A stretch of 64,000 nt of DNA from Bryobacteraceae bacterium (GTDB taxonomy: Bacteria; Acidobacteriota; Terriglobia; Bryobacterales; Bryobacteraceae): assembly GCA_035502635.1 (NCBI GenBank), contig DATJUG010000064.1, positions 29,783 through 93,782 of the forward strand, written 5' to 3'. Shown piece by piece: positions 1-9,854 of the stretch. Made by a program: the position numbers and the translations under genes. How positions within the stretch are numbered: position 1 is the stretch's first letter; each line of letters begins with the position of its first letter. The notes under the pieces are model-generated. The model had not been told where the DNA came from and ran no database searches. It saw only the letters and a program-made list of their open reading frames with translations.

Positions 1-234
1 ATCGAGCTTTCGCCGCAGCTCGATTCGGAGAAACAAATTACCGCCTACTTACTCAGCTTGCGTAACATTGCGCTGTCATTCCTTGGCAAAAAGTTACCTA
101 CTTCCGGCGTGACTGATCTTGCGCTCTTTAGCGATTTCCGTAAAGAAGGTGGCGGCAGTTCGCTCAGTTGGTACGCCGCCTACTACACAGAACCTCCTGC
201 CGCACGGCTGCCGGACACTGAGGTTACAGGATAA
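1..234 (+). CDS. 3' end of an unidentified protein-coding gene (N-terminus lies left of the window)
   Basis: Frame 1 is open from base 1 to TAA at 232-234 (...SLSWYAAYYTEPPAARLPDTEVTG*). The stop lies only 2 nt before the GTG start of the giant ORF, suggesting one operon. No family recognised. Confidence 0.5.
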   Translation: MELSPQLDSEKQITAYLLSLRNIALSFLGKKLPTSGVTDLALFSDFRKEGGGSSLSWYAAYYTEPPAARLPDTEVTG

Positions 235-236
235 CT

Positions 237-3200
237 GTGGATCTCGACTACATCGCCCAGCAGTTGAACAACAACATCGACCCGGCCTCGCGAAGGCTCT
301 CGCTTCCCATCTCCGTCGATTTAGGCGCGCCCATCAAGCAACTATTCGAGCAGTTTCTGCTCGGCGGCCCGCTCATCCTGAACGAAGCGCTCGTCACCAT
401 GCAGCAGGGGCAGAATCGTGTCTTGCTGACCGGAACCGGCGCCTCATTCCCGTTCGACACCCTTACTATCCGAGCCTATTTCAGCGTCGCCCCGGCTGGC
501 GATGCCGCGGTGCTGGATCTCATAGGCAATGCAGGCAAGCTCTGGAATTTCGCGGTTGCGTTCCCGGCCTTGGCGCCCACCTTCATGCCGACGCTCTCGT
601 TCGCAAGCGCCGCATTCACCCTCCGTTCGATGGAAGAGCCGGATAAGCCCGCTGGCTTGTCTTTCGCCGGCATTTTGAAACTGGATGGCGCATTATCTTT
701 TCTCCAGCCACTGCTCAATGAAACTCAGCTCGATGTCTCCTCGCCCATCACTCTCGAAGCGAACCTCCCCAAAATCAGGCTGACTGAGAATTACTTCCTG
801 GTTACTCCGGGCATCGGAACCTTCGCTCCGTTTCATGTACGGCTCGTCGCCGCCACGGACCCCACCCCGGATGGCGATATCATTCCTACCTTCGGGATTC
901 AAGGCGTGCTCACTTTTGGCGACGCCCGCGAGCTGAGCATCGGCTACGACTTACTCACAATTATTCCCGGCTATTACCACTTCGTCGCCGATTTTCGCGA
1001 AGCCGATCTTACTTTCGGAAATCTGGCGTCGCTGTTGAACGGATCGGATCCAGCACCCGTTTTGCCCGCTGTCTTCTCCGTCCTGAATAACTTCGAATTC
1101 AAGACCTGGGAGATCTATATTGCGGCATCCGGCTTCAGCGTGGCCAATGTCGTCATTTCCGTCGGTACGAAGCAGCCCTGGGAGCTGCTGCCCAACCATC
1201 TCCTGGATCTGAACCTCGATTATCTGACGCTCAACGTGCAGAACACCGGCAAGCTAGCCGTGTACTGCGACGTGCAGGCCACCTTCACGCTCAAGCAGCA
1301 GGAAGTACCGGCTGTAATCATGCTGCGAGCCAGTTACCCCGGCTTTAAGTTCTCCGGCAAGCTGGTCAGCGGCTACCTCGATATTCCCTATCTAATCGGC
1401 CGCTATATCAGCGAAGCCGCCGCTGAGTTAGTTCCTACTTCGCTCCGCGTCGACGGCTTATATCTTGCTATCGACCCGCCCACATCGTCTTACGCATTTA
1501 GCATCGACACTAAAGCCGAATGGGTGATCAAAATCGCCGACGCCAGCTTCACCGTTCTGGAGATTTCGTTCGACATCAGCCGTGTCGCACAGGCAACCAG
1601 CGGCCGTTTCAAAGGCGCCTTCCGTCTCGGCGCCATTGAGCCGCCCATTCTGGTGGATGTTGCTGCGGGCTACACGACGGCGGGCGGCTGGACCTTTGAA
1701 GGCGGTCTCACCGAAGGCAGTAAGGTCACTTTCAACGACATTCTCAACAGTTACTTCCCCGACTGGAACCTCGAGAGCATGATCGTTACACTCGAGGCCT
1801 TCCGCGTCGAGTATTCCGCGAAAACAGGCGCCTATCGGTTCCAGATCAAGGTCCTGTGGGTCCTCGAATTCCTCGGCTGGACGGCCACTCTGCATGGCGA
1901 GTGCGATATCGCCTACACCGAACAGAAAACGTATAAGGGATTCATTCGCGGCACACTGGACATCGAAGGATTTCTGCTTTCGGCCGAAGTTACTTACCCG
2001 GATAAGACCGTCACCTTGAAATTGGGTGACCTGAAGGTCGAATTTAAAGGCGACCCGGTAGTAATCACCATCTCCTTCCCCAGCATCACGCTTGGCGAAA
2101 TTATCACCACCTTAGTAACTGCCGCCATCGGCGAAAACATTACCCTCCCCGCGCCTTGGAATGTCCTGAACCTGATTAGTCTCAAAGATCTTGTGCTCAG
2201 GATTACCCCCAGCAAGCAAATCTTCGAGGCGGAATACTCGCCGAATCTCAACCTCGGCTTCGTCTCCATCGAGAAATTCGTCCTGCGCTACACCGGCGGC
2301 CAAAACTCCGCCAGCAGCAAGGTCGAGTTCGCAATCACCGCCGGCTCTTTCCTCGGCCAACCCATCGACCCCGCCGACCCGGTCAAGATGAACGTGCTCG
2401 AGCCGGCCTCTGCGCCCAAGGTGCCTGGCGCCGGCGACACAGTTTTCACGTTGCATTTCCTCGCCATCGGCCAACGCGTCGCCCTCAAAGATCCGGTCAA
2501 TGCGAAGACCGTGACCCAAGCCATGGAGATCGTTGAAAAAGCCTTCTACAAACAGCAAGACGAGGAGGGCTCGCCCGTCGCCGGCACCGGCCTCGTTCCC
2601 AGTGAGCGCAGCTCCTGGATCTTCGCCATCCGCGCCGAAATTCTCAGTTCCATCACCATCCGCGCTCTGTTCTTCGATCCCGATCTCTACGGCCTCGGCA
2701 TCAACGTCGGCGGCACGAAGTTCCCCAGCTTCACTGGCCTCAACTTCGAGATCCTCTACAAGAAGATCAACGAGAACGTCGGAGTCTACCAGATCGAGCT
2801 GAAACTCCCAGACGTGATGCGGCAGCTCGAATTCGGAAGCGTGTCCATCACGCTGCCGATCATTGCGCTCGAGATCTACACCAACGGCGATTTCCTCATC
2901 GACTTCGGCTTCCCGGCTAACGGCGATTTCACGCGCTCCTTCGCGATTCAGGTGCTGCCGTTCACCGGCGCAGGCGGCTTCTATTTCGGAGTGCTCAGCA
3001 ACGCCACCGCCAAGCGCCTCCCGCCCGGGCCGCTCTGCGGCAGCTTCAGCCCGGTTATCGAAGCCGGCGTCGGCCTGCGCATCGGCTTGGGGAAAGACAT
3101 CAATAAGGGCGTTTTGAAGGCTGGCCTCAGCCTCACCGTGCAGGGCATCATCGAAGGAACGCTGGCCTTCTATAACGACAACCTGAAACGCCCTGAATAC

Positions 3201-6200
3201 GCCGCCGCCGTCTTCTATTACATCTCCGGACAAGTCTCGATCGTCGGCCAAATCTATGGCGAGATCGATTTCGCAATCATCTCCGCGCGCCTCGACGTGC
3301 TCATCCGCATCGGCGTCACGTTCGCGATGCAGGCGCTCGACCCCATCGTGCTCGGCTTCTTCGCCGAAATCACCGTCAGCGTGTCGGTCAAGATCAATCT
3401 TGGGATCTTCAAGATCACCATCTCGCTATCCTTCTCGGCCACCTTCCGCGAATCGTTCACCATCGGCAGTGTTTCGCCCAAGCCTTGGTACATCTGCCCC
3501 GGCTCCACGCAACCACGGGCCATCCGTGCGCGCCGCACCGCGCTCGATGTCTTCGATCCCGGCTGCGACGACGTTGAGCTCGTTTTCCATCCTGTCACCA
3601 GAACAACGCCGCAGGATGTGCAGGTTCTCTTCGTTCCGCAGTTCACCCCGGCGTCGGATGTCAATGGCGGCGTTCAACCGTCCAAAGCCCGCTGCGTGGC
3701 CGCCTTCAACGTCGAGACTTCGACCGGTAAGTCATCTGCCGTCGAGACCGCTTTCGACCGGCTCGCGCGCGGAGTTTTCCTGTGGACACTCGCCGCTTAT
3801 CTGTTCCCGGAACCAAAGAGCACGCCGGAAGAAGATGTGCTCTCGCAAGAGATCACGCTCACGCAACTCGAGAAGCTCTATTGCGCTCTCACCCGTACCT
3901 CCGCAAGCCTGCTCTTCGATGAAACCCAGCTCACCGGCTTCTTCGCCGCCTATTTCAAGTTCATCGTCAGCCTGGCCGAGGAGCAAGCGGACGCCCGCAT
4001 CACCACCATCTTCCCGGCTCTCACGCCATTCATCCTCGTGCCGCCCACCCTGCCGGAAATTCCGTTCGCTTCCTGGCGAATGGTCTCGAGCCAATACCTG
4101 GCCGCCATCAAGAAATACTTCGAGCCCATGCAGGTGGATTACCTCTCGCCCAAAGAGAAGGCCGCGAAAGCCGCGCGCGCCGCCGCAGCGCCGGCTGACC
4201 CCGGCGACAAGTCGCTTGCCTGCTGGATGATGCTCGATTACTTCACTCTCCTTGTGAAAGACACCACGCAAGCCGCCATCGACACCATGACCGCCATGAC
4301 CACTACGGTCGGCGAAGGCGCCACCCTCGGGTCCATCCTGGCGCGCTATCCGGGTTCGGGCGCAACGGTCGAAGAGCTGGTCTGGGCAAATGCCACCACG
4401 CCGCTTTCTCTCAACGCCGGAGTTCGGCTGGGCGCACCCATGGGTGCTGAATACCGCGTCGACGCGAACGGCCCGAACACGCTATTCGGAATCGCGCGTC
4501 ATCACCATATCCGGCTGAACGAATTGGCGCGCACGAATCAGGACGTTCCCGGTCTCTTCCCGGCCGGCCGCCGCATCTGGTTTCCACTCATCGATTCCAT
4601 CAAAGTTTCAGACCTGCTCGCCGCCATGCAAGACCAAAGCGCGTTCCAGCACCTGGCTGGAAGCGCCTCGCGCGTGCTGCTCTCCGGGTTGCGTCCCCCT
4701 GCTCCCAACGACGGCCCGCTCACACCGCTGTATGAGCTGAATGGCCAGCAGTTTGATGCATCCACGCTCCAGGTTGGCAGCTCCTTCAGCCTGAAGATCA
4801 ATGCCGATCTGAAGTGGCTCGTCTTTGCTAAGCCCTCCTCGGACCCGCTCAGTCTCCCCGTCGTCATCAGTGCCGACGAAGCCAACGTTATTGCGGCATT
4901 CAACACCGCCAAGCTCGATCCGCAGATTCAATTGCTCCAGCCGTTGGATCTCTACAAAGTGGAACCGAAGTCATTCGGAGTCGGCAACGCGACTCTCTGG
5001 CAACTGGCCGAGGACCCGGTCAACCGCTCGATCTGGATGCTCCCCCAGAATCTGCAAACCATGCTCTTCGACAATCCCGATGCACGACCCCAAGTTGAGC
5101 TTTGGGAATCCATCCAGAAGAACCCCAACCAGGCTCCGCAACCAATCAAAGTTCCCTCCGCCGACTACACCTGGACATCGCGCATCAATGTCGTGGTGCG
5201 CAGAATTCGCACCCGTACTGGCGACCTGGTGCCCAACACCTATGAAATGCGCGGTGCCGGTGTCGCATTTAGCACGGTGCTGCAAAACTTGCTCACTTAC
5301 GCCACGCCAGATCCGGTAACCGATCTCCATATCCTTTATCTGCCCGACCCGCTCGGCGATTTCCAGGGCTTGCTCTCGCCCGCCGCAACAGCAACCCAAA
5401 TCTTCCTTCTGCAGACGAATCTCTCGACCGAAGCCAACCCGGAACTGTCCTTTGCGAGCGCGGCAGCCGTCACGAACACGTCGTATATCACCGGCATGAC
5501 CGCTCTGGACGTCCTCAAATATGTCTGGGAGGGGAGCGTCGTGCGCTCGGGCGGCTACTATCTCTACTACAAGCAAGTCCCCAGCGGCGAGGGCCTGCCC
5601 GAATACTTATTCAACGACACCGAAGAGACCACCCTCACTCTGCTCGTCACCTTGAATCCTGCCGCGCCCGGATTGTGGCCGTACATGAACAGCCTCCTTA
5701 TGACGCGCGAAGTGGATATTCAGAACACCGCGTTCTATCTGAAGGCGATCGGTCCGGAGTTAGTCGAACGCGTTCCAACCATAGGCCCAGGTTTGAACGG
5801 TTTCAACGTTCAGCGCACCACGCCCGTAACTCCGGACCTCAACGGCGCCGTTACTGCCCAGGTCGCTACGCCATTTGTAAGCGAACTCTATAATCTCCTT
5901 AATTTCCGCATTGCAGACTTTGGCGGATTCGATAGCAGCCCGTTCGCCATGCCGGCCACTCCCGCCGATGTCACCGATCCCGATCCGGATCCCAACGCCA
6001 ATCGCACTCCGCGCCTCGAAACGGACCATTGGAATTATCAGTCCGTCGCGCCCATTTACCGTTTCTCGAAAGTAATTCCGCCGCCACCGTCGGATTTACC
6101 CGCTCCGCTGCCGTCCCCGGAAAAGAATCCCTATCGCGGAATCGGCTCCGATGTACGCTTCGAGATTTCCTGGCTCGATCTGTTCGGCAACCGCATCGAG

Positions 6201-9056
6201 ACCCAGAACACCGGGCTGCAGCCCTCGCTCGATATCCCGGTCAGATACTCCGACAATCTGATTCCGGTGGACAAGTGGCCGGCTGTTTCTACCGATTTCC
6301 TCGTGAAAAAAGGCGCTTCGGCTGCGCAGCTCGATGTTACCTTGCGCTTCGACGCCTGCCGTTATCTCCCACCCTCCAGCGGCGGAACAAACGAGGACTA
6401 CAAGAGCATCGCCCTCGCCGACCGCCCGACTTATGAACTGATTTATTATCAACTTACTCAAACCGGCGTCTCTGCCACTATTTCCTCCACCTTCGATTCT
6501 GCCCAGACGCCGTGCATCAAGCCGCTGGTCGAATGTGCCGTATCCATCTATCAGTTCTTGAATGCCATTGTCGAGAATTCATCCTGGACAATTCCAGCCG
6601 ATAAAGGGATTTCTTTCACGGCAAAAGATACTAATCCTCTGCAGTATTATCAGTTGCTGGTTTCTATTTCCATTGAGCGTCCGGCTGCCCAAATACACGC
6701 CCAATTAAAGGACCCGCCGTTTGATCCCGTGCGCCGCGTCAGCAGCTTCGTTCCGGCCCAGTATACGGAAACACCCACGGATGATCCGAAGGAAAAGCCG
6801 CTTACTTTGCGCGCTTTCGTGGAACAACTGGAGCTCGCCTTCCCGAACTTGGCTGTGGCGACCGCCAAACCGCGCGCCTCCGCGAATGCCGAAAACACCC
6901 TGAAAGAGATTTGGATGGTGCGCTTCGGCGGCACAAACGGCATCGTCTACGATGTCAAACAGCCCGCCTTTTACTTCGCGCCCCTGCCGCTCTCGCGCAC
7001 TCTCCAGTCCACCGAAGTTTCCCTCTATTCGTACAGCAGCGGAAAACCCATCGATCAGGGCACGCTGCAGTCCTATTCGTTCTCGGGCGTCGATATGGAC
7101 CTGCTCGCGAAAACGTTCCTGGAAACCGTCGACCTGGTTCTTTCTCCCCAATTTGTAGTGCCCGCGTGGCTGGCGGTGAATGAAGAGGAACCGAATGCGT
7201 CGGGCCCGAACGCGATTGAACGAATACTCAGCTACAAGAAGGATCTCGCGGGCGCCATCGCTGGAGGGATCGCGCCCGTGCTGGTCGAAGAGCAAAGCAC
7301 GGGAAAAAATCTCGAAGCCGCAACCGCGAAACTACGCCAGCAGCTCCTGATCCGGCTCTCCGACCTGTATTCGGTGCATTGCATCGTGCAGTTCAACGTC
7401 TCCATCGACTCCAGCTTCACTGATGAAGCAACTGCACCGCGCCTGTTCGGCCATCCGGGACCGAAGCAGGCCATCCCGGCGCCCGGCGCGCAAACTCAGG
7501 ACTATTCATTCTCCACGGCGGAAATATCGCTATGCAACAAGCCCGGCGCTTCGCTGCTGACATTCCTGTTTGGCACGCGCGATCCTTCGGCCGCCAAGAA
7601 CGTCACGCTGGAGATGGACTATCAGCGCTCCAACCTGCAGCACGGATTCTCTACCATTCCCGGCATTCCGGACTACGAAGCTTCTTCGTGGCTCGCCTTC
7701 TATCAATTGGAGCAAGCCGAACCCGCGGGGGCGTCACAGAGCGGCCGCACCGATCTCGGCCTCGTCACGGTGCCCGTCCCGCTGCGCGCTTATCCGCCGC
7801 CGCCTGTGCTTCTGGAGCAAAGAGGATTGCCGCAGGAAGCGGTCGCGCTGCACGCGTCCGGCAATCCCGTGCTCGAACTTACGAAACGCTGGGTTTTTGA
7901 ATTTAATTGGACTTACGACCTCGCCGAGCAAGACACCCTCTATAGCGATGTTCAGTTCAACGTGCCTGGCGGAAAAGCAGCCTTCCTCAAAGCCGTACCA
8001 ACCTTGGATCTGCTTGGCGCGCTTCTGCAGTTCTCAACCGTGTATGCTGATGTCCTCCGCGACCTGGAAGATTCGTTGATCGCGACACCCAATTCGGAGC
8101 TTGCGACCGTAACCCTGAATTCTTTAGCCTGGCTAGTCCAGTTAGTCTCCGCGGCGTCGTCCGCATGGCCCCAGGCAAAGACCGCGCTGTTTGTGTTGCC
8201 CGAAGTGCTGACCGCGAACTTGCGGGTCACGCAAGCGCCCGCTACGGTGTCGGGTGTTGATTACCCGGTATTTTCCGTTACCGTGGAGTGCGAAACCGAT
8301 GGCCGCCTCTTGGAACCTACCGTAAGCCTGCCCGGTTTCAAGGCCGTACCTTTGCCCAAGCTTGCTGCCAGTAACACGACTAAGACCTATGCGTATCTGG
8401 ACGCGCAGGCTGAATACTTGCCTTACAGCGCAGGCGCCGCGATTCACACCCGTGGAATTCGTTTCCAGAACATGAATATCCTCGACGAGCAAACCGGTTG
8501 GGCCGGTCTTCACATCCGCCGCAACGAAGTCCTGGTCGAAGGCTATGAAACTAACCCAAAGTTCGTCTATGAGACGCCCGACCTACGCTTCGCCTCGGTG
8601 CTGACCCCGCTCCTGAATCCGGATGTGCCCATTAACATCGCCGATTCCAGCGCCTCGAAACCGGCATCGGACAAACTCTACCATTATCTGTTTAACTTCC
8701 TTTCGGATTTCTTCGGCAGTGCGCCTGACGCTGGCGGCACAATCAAACTGGGCGGAAGTTTTGTCTATGATTTGAACGCCGGGACGGGCCCGGTGCCTCT
8801 GCCCGTTTCCTTGCCCGTCTGGATGACTCTTCCAACTCAAGTCACTACCGGCACAGCCATGCCCCCGGAAGTCACCATTCAGGAATTCTCCCGTTCGCTT
8901 GCCGATTTTATTGTCCCGTGGTTTGCGGACCGGGGCCTTACAGGCCGCATCGGCCAGCTTGCTGTCCAGCTATCTCTTTATTCCGCTCTCGCCGGTAGTA
9001 ACCTGCCAGTCCTCGAATTACAACAATTATATTTAGAAACGGAGTTGATATGGTAA
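237..9056 (+). CDS. Giant hypothetical protein (2,939 aa), function unknown
   Basis: Uninterrupted 8.8-kb ORF, which is very unlikely by chance. GTG start 2 nt after the upstream stop, and its stop is embedded in the start region of the next gene. No N-terminal signal peptide, no Walker A, no HExxH, no YD/RHS, Ig or other repeat family visible by eye. The N-terminal third looks beta-rich and the protein contains Pro-rich linkers. Confidence 0.9.
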   Translation: MDLDYIAQQLNNNIDPASRRLSLPISVDLGAPIKQLFEQFLLGGPLILNEALVTMQQGQNRVLLTGTGASFPFDTLTIRAYFSVAPAGDAAVLDLIGNAGKLWNFAVAFPALAPTFMPTLSFASAAFTLRSMEEPDKPAGLSFAGILKLDGALSFLQPLLNETQLDVSSPITLEANLPKIRLTENYFLVTPGIGTFAPFHVRLVAATDPTPDGDIIPTFGIQGVLTFGDARELSIGYDLLTIIPGYYHFVADFREADLTFGNLASLLNGSDPAPVLPAVFSVLNNFEFKTWEIYIAASGFSVANVVISVGTKQPWELLPNHLLDLNLDYLTLNVQNTGKLAVYCDVQATFTLKQQEVPAVIMLRASYPGFKFSGKLVSGYLDIPYLIGRYISEAAAELVPTSLRVDGLYLAIDPPTSSYAFSIDTKAEWVIKIADASFTVLEISFDISRVAQATSGRFKGAFRLGAIEPPILVDVAAGYTTAGGWTFEGGLTEGSKVTFNDILNSYFPDWNLESMIVTLEAFRVEYSAKTGAYRFQIKVLWVLEFLGWTATLHGECDIAYTEQKTYKGFIRGTLDIEGFLLSAEVTYPDKTVTLKLGDLKVEFKGDPVVITISFPSITLGEIITTLVTAAIGENITLPAPWNVLNLISLKDLVLRITPSKQIFEAEYSPNLNLGFVSIEKFVLRYTGGQNSASSKVEFAITAGSFLGQPIDPADPVKMNVLEPASAPKVPGAGDTVFTLHFLAIGQRVALKDPVNAKTVTQAMEIVEKAFYKQQDEEGSPVAGTGLVPSERSSWIFAIRAEILSSITIRALFFDPDLYGLGINVGGTKFPSFTGLNFEILYKKINENVGVYQIELKLPDVMRQLEFGSVSITLPIIALEIYTNGDFLIDFGFPANGDFTRSFAIQVLPFTGAGGFYFGVLSNATAKRLPPGPLCGSFSPVIEAGVGLRIGLGKDINKGVLKAGLSLTVQGIIEGTLAFYNDNLKRPEYAAAVFYYISGQVSIVGQIYGEIDFAIISARLDVLIRIGVTFAMQALDPIVLGFFAEITVSVSVKINLGIFKITISLSFSATFRESFTIGSVSPKPWYICPGSTQPRAIRARRTALDVFDPGCDDVELVFHPVTRTTPQDVQVLFVPQFTPASDVNGGVQPSKARCVAAFNVETSTGKSSAVETAFDRLARGVFLWTLAAYLFPEPKSTPEEDVLSQEITLTQLEKLYCALTRTSASLLFDETQLTGFFAAYFKFIVSLAEEQADARITTIFPALTPFILVPPTLPEIPFASWRMVSSQYLAAIKKYFEPMQVDYLSPKEKAAKAARAAAAPADPGDKSLACWMMLDYFTLLVKDTTQAAIDTMTAMTTTVGEGATLGSILARYPGSGATVEELVWANATTPLSLNAGVRLGAPMGAEYRVDANGPNTLFGIARHHHIRLNELARTNQDVPGLFPAGRRIWFPLIDSIKVSDLLAAMQDQSAFQHLAGSASRVLLSGLRPPAPNDGPLTPLYELNGQQFDASTLQVGSSFSLKINADLKWLVFAKPSSDPLSLPVVISADEANVIAAFNTAKLDPQIQLLQPLDLYKVEPKSFGVGNATLWQLAEDPVNRSIWMLPQNLQTMLFDNPDARPQVELWESIQKNPNQAPQPIKVPSADYTWTSRINVVVRRIRTRTGDLVPNTYEMRGAGVAFSTVLQNLLTYATPDPVTDLHILYLPDPLGDFQGLLSPAATATQIFLLQTNLSTEANPELSFASAAAVTNTSYITGMTALDVLKYVWEGSVVRSGGYYLYYKQVPSGEGLPEYLFNDTEETTLTLLVTLNPAAPGLWPYMNSLLMTREVDIQNTAFYLKAIGPELVERVPTIGPGLNGFNVQRTTPVTPDLNGAVTAQVATPFVSELYNLLNFRIADFGGFDSSPFAMPATPADVTDPDPDPNANRTPRLETDHWNYQSVAPIYRFSKVIPPPPSDLPAPLPSPEKNPYRGIGSDVRFEISWLDLFGNRIETQNTGLQPSLDIPVRYSDNLIPVDKWPAVSTDFLVKKGASAAQLDVTLRFDACRYLPPSSGGTNEDYKSIALADRPTYELIYYQLTQTGVSATISSTFDSAQTPCIKPLVECAVSIYQFLNAIVENSSWTIPADKGISFTAKDTNPLQYYQLLVSISIERPAAQIHAQLKDPPFDPVRRVSSFVPAQYTETPTDDPKEKPLTLRAFVEQLELAFPNLAVATAKPRASANAENTLKEIWMVRFGGTNGIVYDVKQPAFYFAPLPLSRTLQSTEVSLYSYSSGKPIDQGTLQSYSFSGVDMDLLAKTFLETVDLVLSPQFVVPAWLAVNEEEPNASGPNAIERILSYKKDLAGAIAGGIAPVLVEEQSTGKNLEAATAKLRQQLLIRLSDLYSVHCIVQFNVSIDSSFTDEATAPRLFGHPGPKQAIPAPGAQTQDYSFSTAEISLCNKPGASLLTFLFGTRDPSAAKNVTLEMDYQRSNLQHGFSTIPGIPDYEASSWLAFYQLEQAEPAGASQSGRTDLGLVTVPVPLRAYPPPPVLLEQRGLPQEAVALHASGNPVLELTKRWVFEFNWTYDLAEQDTLYSDVQFNVPGGKAAFLKAVPTLDLLGALLQFSTVYADVLRDLEDSLIATPNSELATVTLNSLAWLVQLVSAASSAWPQAKTALFVLPEVLTANLRVTQAPATVSGVDYPVFSVTVECETDGRLLEPTVSLPGFKAVPLPKLAASNTTKTYAYLDAQAEYLPYSAGAAIHTRGIRFQNMNILDEQTGWAGLHIRRNEVLVEGYETNPKFVYETPDLRFASVLTPLLNPDVPINIADSSASKPASDKLYHYLFNFLSDFFGSAPDAGGTIKLGGSFVYDLNAGTGPVPLPVSLPVWMTLPTQVTTGTAMPPEVTIQEFSRSLADFIVPWFADRGLTGRIGQLAVQLSLYSALAGSNLPVLELQQLYLETELIW

Positions 9057-9847
9057 CTCGACTCGTCTGGCTGGCCATACTATTCGCCGCCATCCAGCCA
9101 CTCTACGCCCAAATACTTGTCAGCTCCCAGAACACGTTGCATCTCAGCGATAGCACACGAGGAGCAACCAAGCGCAAGACCATCCTGGATCAGAATGACA
9201 ATTACAATGTCAACCTTCTGCAAGAAGTCATGAAAACTGCGGATCTGGATGATGTAACTCCAGGCAAATACTATTGGAAGGAAAGCGATCTAAAGGGCAA
9301 ATCAAGCTACAAAGAAACATACGGGATTATATACAGCGACTATCTGACAGCCAATGGAGAAATCGAGGACTACCCGGACGATAACGACGATTTCGCTAGG
9401 CCGCCCAGCGGTGTGATGCTCAAGATGAAGTCAGGCGACTACGTCTGGTTTATCGACTTTCATGCTATTTGGGGCAAAAGCGCAAGCCTGCGCGAGGACG
9501 AGGCCACAGAAATGGCCGAGGTCTATAAATACTTCAAGAATCTGGAGATCAACAAGATAAAAACCACCAAAATTGTTATCGCGGGCGACTGGAATCTGGA
9601 TGCGGACAATGACGGCTTCGACGCCTTGAAAGAACTGGATAAGGGGATATTAGAGGTAACTCCTAACATGGAGACCAGCCTCACAAGGTCAGGCGATCCT
9701 TCGCAGCCCTATGATCACTTCATCGCGGAAAAAGGCAAGCTGACTGGTTGCGTTCTCACGCCCATACCTGACGATGAAGATTCGGAATGGTGGCGGGACA
9801 ATGTCTCGGATCATCGTGGAATCAAGTGCACTTACACGTATAAGTAG
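9050..9847 (+). CDS. Secreted DNase I-like nuclease (endonuclease/exonuclease/phosphatase, EEP, superfamily)
   Basis: N-terminal Sec signal (MVTRLVWLAILFAAIQPLYA/Q). Blocks align colinearly with bovine DNase I catalytic motifs: NLLQEV (LIQEV), SSYKETY (NSYKERY), DFHA (ALHS), AGDWNLD (MGDFNAD), YDHFI (YDRIV), VSDHRGI (ISDHYPV). GGAG sits 5 nt upstream of the ATG. The ATG overlaps the giant ORF stop (ATGGTAA). Confidence 0.85.
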   Translation: MVTRLVWLAILFAAIQPLYAQILVSSQNTLHLSDSTRGATKRKTILDQNDNYNVNLLQEVMKTADLDDVTPGKYYWKESDLKGKSSYKETYGIIYSDYLTANGEIEDYPDDNDDFARPPSGVMLKMKSGDYVWFIDFHAIWGKSASLREDEATEMAEVYKYFKNLEINKIKTTKIVIAGDWNLDADNDGFDALKELDKGILEVTPNMETSLTRSGDPSQPYDHFIAEKGKLTGCVLTPIPDDEDSEWWRDNVSDHRGIKCTYTYK

Positions 9848-9854
9848 GGTGTTT

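Noticed and set aside
2112-3251. 379-aa minus-strand ORF, plus other long ORFs at 119-646, 3256-4230, 3732-4271, 4971-5576, 6705-7295 and 7570-8079, all inside the giant gene.
   Set aside because: All lie entirely within the 8.8-kb ORF. Their translations are low-complexity (Asp/Glu/Gly/Ala- or Arg/Ser/Pro-rich), as expected for out-of-frame or antisense reading of GC-rich coding DNA, and none has a recognisable motif.
237-9056. Assigning the giant ORF to NRPS/PKS, Rhs/YD, RTX or Ig-repeat adhesin, TcA, TamB/AsmA, or an eCIS baseplate (Cis11/12-like) protein.
   Set aside because: I see no adenylation, KS or condensation motifs, no YD or GGxGxD repeats, no signal peptide or N-terminal TM anchor, and no diagnostic blocks I can recall for Tc or eCIS proteins. 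The eCIS and delivery ideas stay as hypotheses only, and no sheath, tube, VgrG or PAAR genes are in the window.
9774-9854. Longer start (ATG 9774) for the FGE-fold gene.
   Set aside because: It would overlap the nuclease gene by 74 nt and add a non-signal N-terminus. ATG 9855 gives a typical signal peptide 7 nt after the nuclease stop.
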